From an uncultured Candidatus Saccharibacteria bacterium (GTDB lineage Bacteria; Patescibacteriota; Minisyncoccia; UBA6257; UBA9933): a DNA stretch of 59,253 nt. Where the stretch lies: contig CAYNMK010000001.1 of assembly GCA_964398445.1 (NCBI GenBank), positions 1-59,253 of the forward strand. Direction: 5' to 3'. How positions within the stretch are numbered: the stretch's first letter is position 1; each line of letters begins with the position of its first letter. Made by a program: the position numbers and the translations under genes. This document shows positions 55,262 through 59,253 of the stretch, in pieces. Below the pieces are notes generated by a model. The model ran no database searches. It was given only the letters and a program-made list of their open reading frames with translations, and was not told where the DNA came from.

Positions 55262-57961
55262 ATGGAAGAACAAGCTCAAAATACCATAAGTAAAAAACCC
55301 AAACGAACTTTTTGGAAGTTTATTTTTGTATTTTTGGGAATAATGACTTTTATTTTGGTTGGTTATCCTTTGGCAAAAGACGCTTATTTTGATTATAAAG
55401 CCAATCAGACACTTAAAGATTATCAGGAATTTGAAAGACAATACGGCACAATTGTAAAATCATGGGATGCAGACAAGTCTTTTTTTGCCCAAGTCGGGGG
55501 AACTGTTGGCAACGCCGTTTTTTTGGTCGATGGTTTTTTTACTGGTTTATTTGACAATGATAAACAGGACTTAAAATTTGCCGGACAAGTTAGTTTGAAT
55601 GAAAAGGAGAATATAAACTTAGCGCCAGTTGGTTATGCTTTATTTAATGAGACAAAAGAAAAAGAGCAGGCACGACATAGGGTAGGCGTGAATATTGCAG
55701 AAAAGACAGAAGATAAAAAAATAATAAGAATATACAGAGAAGAACAACCTGTGGAAATTCAATCTTATAAAGAAGAGCATATTAAGATTGATAATCAAGA
55801 TTTAGATAAAAAACAAGAAAAAGAGCAACAACAAGAAATCCCTGAATTAATCCTTGAATTAATCCCCGAGTTAATTTATAAAAAATGCAGCTTTGTGATG
55901 GGAGACGAACAAACGCCGTCTCATAAAGGAGTTATTATTAACGAGGTTGCCTGGATGGGTGGGTCAAAGACTTTTAATTTAAAGTCGAGCGATGAATGGA
56001 TTGAGTTAAAAAATACTTCTAACAGCGATATTGATTTAAGCGGCTGGCAGGTTTTGGATGTTGATGAGCAGATTAAAGTAATTTTTGGAAAGCAAGACAA
56101 AAGAGCTGTTATTAATGCTAAAATTTCAGCAAACGGCTTTTTTCTTTTAGAAAGAACAGATGACGATTCTGTGCTAGACATTATTGCGGATTTTGTCTAT
56201 GTTGGCGCGCTTTCAAATAATGGTAAAACTAGGCCCGAAGGTTTGCGTCTTTTTAATAGTCAATGTGATTTAATTGATGAAGTTTTAACGGGATCAAATT
56301 GGCCAGCAGGTGATAATTCTCAAAAACGAACAATGGAGCGGTCTGGTGATTTATCATGGCATACTTACAATGGCATAGTTAAAAATGGTATTTTTGGTAC
56401 GCCAAAAGCGAAAAATTCTCAACCGTTAGCAGTTGTTTTCGCAGGTAGTAGCGGAGGCGATGAAAACGACCGCAAAGGAGTGGTCAGCAGTGGAGGAGAC
56501 GGAAATACGCCGATTAATAATCCGCAACCAATAATAAGTGATCAACAGCAATCTTTGGTAAAACTTTTTATTTCTGAAGTTCAGATTAGAGGCAATACGG
56601 TAAATGATGAATTTATTGAACTTTATAATCCTAATTCCGAACCGATTAATTTAACTGGTTGGTCGATTAAGAAAAAAACCAAAAGCGGCAAAGAATATTT
56701 ACTTTTAGCAAGTAGTCGTCTTGACGGGAAAAGTATTTCAGCTAAAAGTTATTTTTTGGCTGTTAATGAAGGGGGTTACCAAGGAGAAATAATACCTGAT
56801 GTAGGTTGGGCAAAATCAAATACTATTGCCAAAAATAATACTATTCTTCTTTACGATGTTAATCAGAATATTATTGATAAAGTTGGATTTGGTGGGGCTC
56901 AGGACTTTGAAACCAATCCGACATCAAATCCGGGAAGCAATCAAAGCATCTCTCGTCAGCTAGAAACTGACACTGATAATAATGCGCAGGACTTTATTTT
57001 ATCAAATCCAACTCCAAAAAATTCTACTTTTAGGGATGGATTTTTAACCCCAGCAATTTTAGTTGAAGATAAACAAGAGTTAGTTAATCAATCGCCAACG
57101 GCTTTTTTTGATTTTTCACCTCAAAGCCCAGAAATTAATCAGGAAATAATTTTTAATGCCGCTTCTTCAACTGATGATGGCAATATTGTTTTATATAATT
57201 GGGATTTTGGCGATGGCCAAAACGTGGCAACAACGCAAGCTGTTGTTGTTCATTCTTATTCAACTGCTGGAGATTATTTAGTTAAATTGGTTGTTTTTGA
57301 TGACAATAATGTTAGCTCTACTATTAGTTTAACTATTGAGGTTGTGTCTTTCGCGCCAATTATGTTACTGACTCAATCAGAAACTAATCACATCGTGATT
57401 AGTGAAATTCAAGTGGCAGGCGTTGACGCAGGCGATGAATTTATTGAACTTTATAATCCTACCGAAGCATTGATTGATGTGTCAAATTGGTCTATTCAGT
57501 ATGTGAGCGGAAGAGTAGAGAGTGTTTCTGCCTTAACAGTGTCAAAGAAAAATTTTGTAAATGGCAATGCATTGTCTGCGAATGGATTTTTTTTAATTGC
57601 CCGAGCTAAAAATTCGGATGGCACAAATGGTTACACTGGTAGTGTGTTGCCGGATATGACACATCGTTCATTTAGTTTGTCAGGGGCATTAGCAGGCGCA
57701 AAGATATTTTTGGTGTCAAATCAGGAAAAAATTGAGAATGAAAATGATTCTGATATTGTTGATATGGTAGATTATTCGTTTGTTGTACCTAAAGCGTTTA
57801 CAAGTTTGGAACGAAAAGCATGGCAAAACGGTAATTGTGTTTCAGCTCAAAGTGAGGGCGAGTTTTTAGGAAATAGTTGCAATAACAATAATAATAATGA
57901 TTTTAAAATTCGCCAAATATCTAATCCGCAAAATTCAAACAGCTTGCCAGAGCCGCGCTAA
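55262..57961 (+). CDS. large membrane-anchored surface protein with three lamin-tail domains and a PKD domain
   Basis: 899 aa with an N-terminal TM helix. LTD signatures: VIINEVAWMG..DEWIELKNTSNSDIDLSGWQV, LFISEVQIRGNTVNDEFIELYNPNSEPINLTGWSI and IVISEIQVAGVDAGDEFIELYNPTEALIDVSNWSI. PKD signature: YNWDFGDGQ..HSYSTAGDYLVKLVVFDDNN. Confidence 0.65.
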   Translation: MEEQAQNTISKKPKRTFWKFIFVFLGIMTFILVGYPLAKDAYFDYKANQTLKDYQEFERQYGTIVKSWDADKSFFAQVGGTVGNAVFLVDGFFTGLFDNDKQDLKFAGQVSLNEKENINLAPVGYALFNETKEKEQARHRVGVNIAEKTEDKKIIRIYREEQPVEIQSYKEEHIKIDNQDLDKKQEKEQQQEIPELILELIPELIYKKCSFVMGDEQTPSHKGVIINEVAWMGGSKTFNLKSSDEWIELKNTSNSDIDLSGWQVLDVDEQIKVIFGKQDKRAVINAKISANGFFLLERTDDDSVLDIIADFVYVGALSNNGKTRPEGLRLFNSQCDLIDEVLTGSNWPAGDNSQKRTMERSGDLSWHTYNGIVKNGIFGTPKAKNSQPLAVVFAGSSGGDENDRKGVVSSGGDGNTPINNPQPIISDQQQSLVKLFISEVQIRGNTVNDEFIELYNPNSEPINLTGWSIKKKTKSGKEYLLLASSRLDGKSISAKSYFLAVNEGGYQGEIIPDVGWAKSNTIAKNNTILLYDVNQNIIDKVGFGGAQDFETNPTSNPGSNQSISRQLETDTDNNAQDFILSNPTPKNSTFRDGFLTPAILVEDKQELVNQSPTAFFDFSPQSPEINQEIIFNAASSTDDGNIVLYNWDFGDGQNVATTQAVVVHSYSTAGDYLVKLVVFDDNNVSSTISLTIEVVSFAPIMLLTQSETNHIVISEIQVAGVDAGDEFIELYNPTEALIDVSNWSIQYVSGRVESVSALTVSKKNFVNGNALSANGFFLIARAKNSDGTNGYTGSVLPDMTHRSFSLSGALAGAKIFLVSNQEKIENENDSDIVDMVDYSFVVPKAFTSLERKAWQNGNCVSAQSEGEFLGNSCNNNNNNDFKIRQISNPQNSNSLPEPR

Positions 57962-58053
57962 ACGTTGGTATTAATCTCGTTATGGTTTGATAAAATTGCC
58001 GTATTTTTTCAACAACAATAATAATTTGTGTTAAAATGACTGAGAATTAAAAA

Positions 58054-59097
58054 ATGGAAATATTTTTTTTAATTATTATTTTATTAGTTTTATTAGGCGG
58101 ATTAGCGCTGATTTTTTGGTTTTTGAAAACCCGTTTGACACCCCCGAAAGCTGATAGTCAGTCTCTTTTAATGCTGCAAGAGCAATTAAAAGAAATCAGA
58201 GGAACTCTTGACGCGAAAATAGGAGAGTCAACAAAAGTCATCAGGGAGCAATTTGGAGAAAGTGCCAAAATTATCAGGGATGTTACTGAACGGTTAGTTA
58301 AGCTTGACGAAACTAATAAACAAGTTGTAAATTTTGCGGACCAGCTTCAAAATCTTCAGGATATTTTAAAAAATCCAAAACAGCGTGGAGTGCTGGGAGA
58401 GTATTATCTGGAAACTGTTTTAAAAAATGTTTTACCGCCGGGTATTTTTCAGATGCAATATGAATTTAAAGATGGTTCAATAGTTGATGCGGCAATTTTT
58501 ATTAAAGACAAAATTATACCGGTTGATTCAAAGTTTAGCTTGGAAAATTACAATCGAATTTTAGAGTCAAAAGACAAAACAGAACAGAAGCGATTAGAGT
58601 CCGCTTTTCGTGAAGATTTAAAAAAACGCATTGACGAAACCGCTAAATATATAAAACCTGAGGAAGAAACAATGGAATTTGCTTTTATGTTTATTCCAGC
58701 TGAAGCGGTTTATTATGATTTATTGATTAACAAAATTGGCGCGGTAAAATCTAGCACTCGTGATTTAATTCAATACGCCGCAGGCGAAAAAAAAGTAATG
58801 ATTGTTTCGCCAACTACTTTTTTGGCTTATTTGCAAACTGTTCTTCAAGGATTAAATGCTATGCGAATTGAAGAATCAGCTAAAGAAATCCGTAAACGAG
58901 TAGAGGGATTAGGGCGACATCTTTCCAGTTACGAGGCGTATATGAAAAAACTTGGGACTCATTTAGGCACTACCGTAAATATGTATAATTATGCTTATAA
59001 AGAACTTAGTAAAATTGATAAGGATGTTTTAAAAATTAGCGGTGAGGCGATAGAAATTAAACCAGTATCCTTAGATAAGCCAAGAGATGAAGAATAG
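58054..59097 (+). CDS. rmuC: DNA recombination protein RmuC
   Basis: 347 aa. N-terminal TM helix, coiled coil and an RmuC-type nuclease-like core (RGVLGEYYLE.., PVDSKFSLENY, FMFIPAEAVY). Confidence 0.85.
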   Translation: MEIFFLIIILLVLLGGLALIFWFLKTRLTPPKADSQSLLMLQEQLKEIRGTLDAKIGESTKVIREQFGESAKIIRDVTERLVKLDETNKQVVNFADQLQNLQDILKNPKQRGVLGEYYLETVLKNVLPPGIFQMQYEFKDGSIVDAAIFIKDKIIPVDSKFSLENYNRILESKDKTEQKRLESAFREDLKKRIDETAKYIKPEEETMEFAFMFIPAEAVYYDLLINKIGAVKSSTRDLIQYAAGEKKVMIVSPTTFLAYLQTVLQGLNAMRIEESAKEIRKRVEGLGRHLSSYEAYMKKLGTHLGTTVNMYNYAYKELSKIDKDVLKISGEAIEIKPVSLDKPRDEE

Positions 59098-59253
59098 GGG
59101 GCTTATTGTATGCATTGTTATAATCTGCCAGCGTACCTGTTTTTCATATTCTTTTTTAATGCTTTGGGTGGGCAGTATCATATGAATTAGCAGTGTATTA
59201 CTGAATTCACCCCTCAATTAGGACACTCTTATTATTTTCTAATAATACTCCAT

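Noticed and set aside
1-59253. Alternative genetic code (UGA recoding, as in some CPR lineages).
   Set aside because: Long uninterrupted ORFs with recognisable motifs are obtained with code 11. TGA closes several well-supported genes, for example at 9232-9234, 12330-12332, 25876-25878 and 28952-28954.
1-59253. tRNA, rRNA, tmRNA, RNase P RNA, transposase, integrase and prophage genes.
   Set aside because: Scanning intergenic regions by eye showed no cloverleaf-type GC-rich segments, no T-loop GGTTCGAATCC-like words and no conserved RNase P or tmRNA motifs. No ORF has transposase or integrase features. A tRNAscan or Infernal run would be decisive.

Overview
AT-rich (about one-third G+C by eye) chromosomal segment of a small-genome bacterium. 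It looks most like Candidate Phyla Radiation/Patescibacteria: compact co-oriented genes, short-form YidC, a Pol I-type 5'-3' exonuclease without a polymerase domain, and lamin-tail-domain surface proteins. The standard code 11 applies, since TGA is used as a stop. The window spans the replication-origin neighbourhood, with rpmH-rnpA-yidC-jag on the minus strand diverging from dnaA-dnaN. rpmH is missing from the ORF track and was found by hand. Housekeeping genes include comM/yifB, rsmA, a class A PBP, ruvC, pilB, ruvB, tsaE, a histidine kinase, pyrG, holA-like, rpsT, ychF, mreC, UPF0182, an SPFH-NfeD pair, recO, glyQS, an M16 peptidase, an AI-2E permease, metG and rmuC. Several parts are not ordinary. 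(1) 3.2-14.8 kb holds an 11-gene, relaxase-less type IV secretion-like block (PrgI-like, VirB4, VirB6-like, pilin-like, plus unknown membrane or secreted proteins) abutting the origin; its VirB4 is cut by a single in-frame TAA and it carries an Avd-like four-helix-bundle gene relic. (2) 36.5-39.8 kb holds a three-gene module: a membrane protein, a small membrane protein with an RNxxxH (HEPN-like) motif, and a soluble VirD4/TraD-like ATPase, preceded by a sigma-region-4/HARE-HTH protein. (3) About 50.0-50.2 kb is a 48% G+C, roughly 200-nt structured RNA candidate with 6S-like architecture. (4) 31.6-32.2 kb is a 56% G+C glycine-zipper lipoprotein cassette with a consensus promoter and strong terminator. 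(5) A GTCATTCTGAG-type palindromic intergenic repeat family occurs at several loci. I saw no rRNA, tRNA, CRISPR array, transposase or integrase. All calls come from reading motifs in the translations and DNA; no database search was run.
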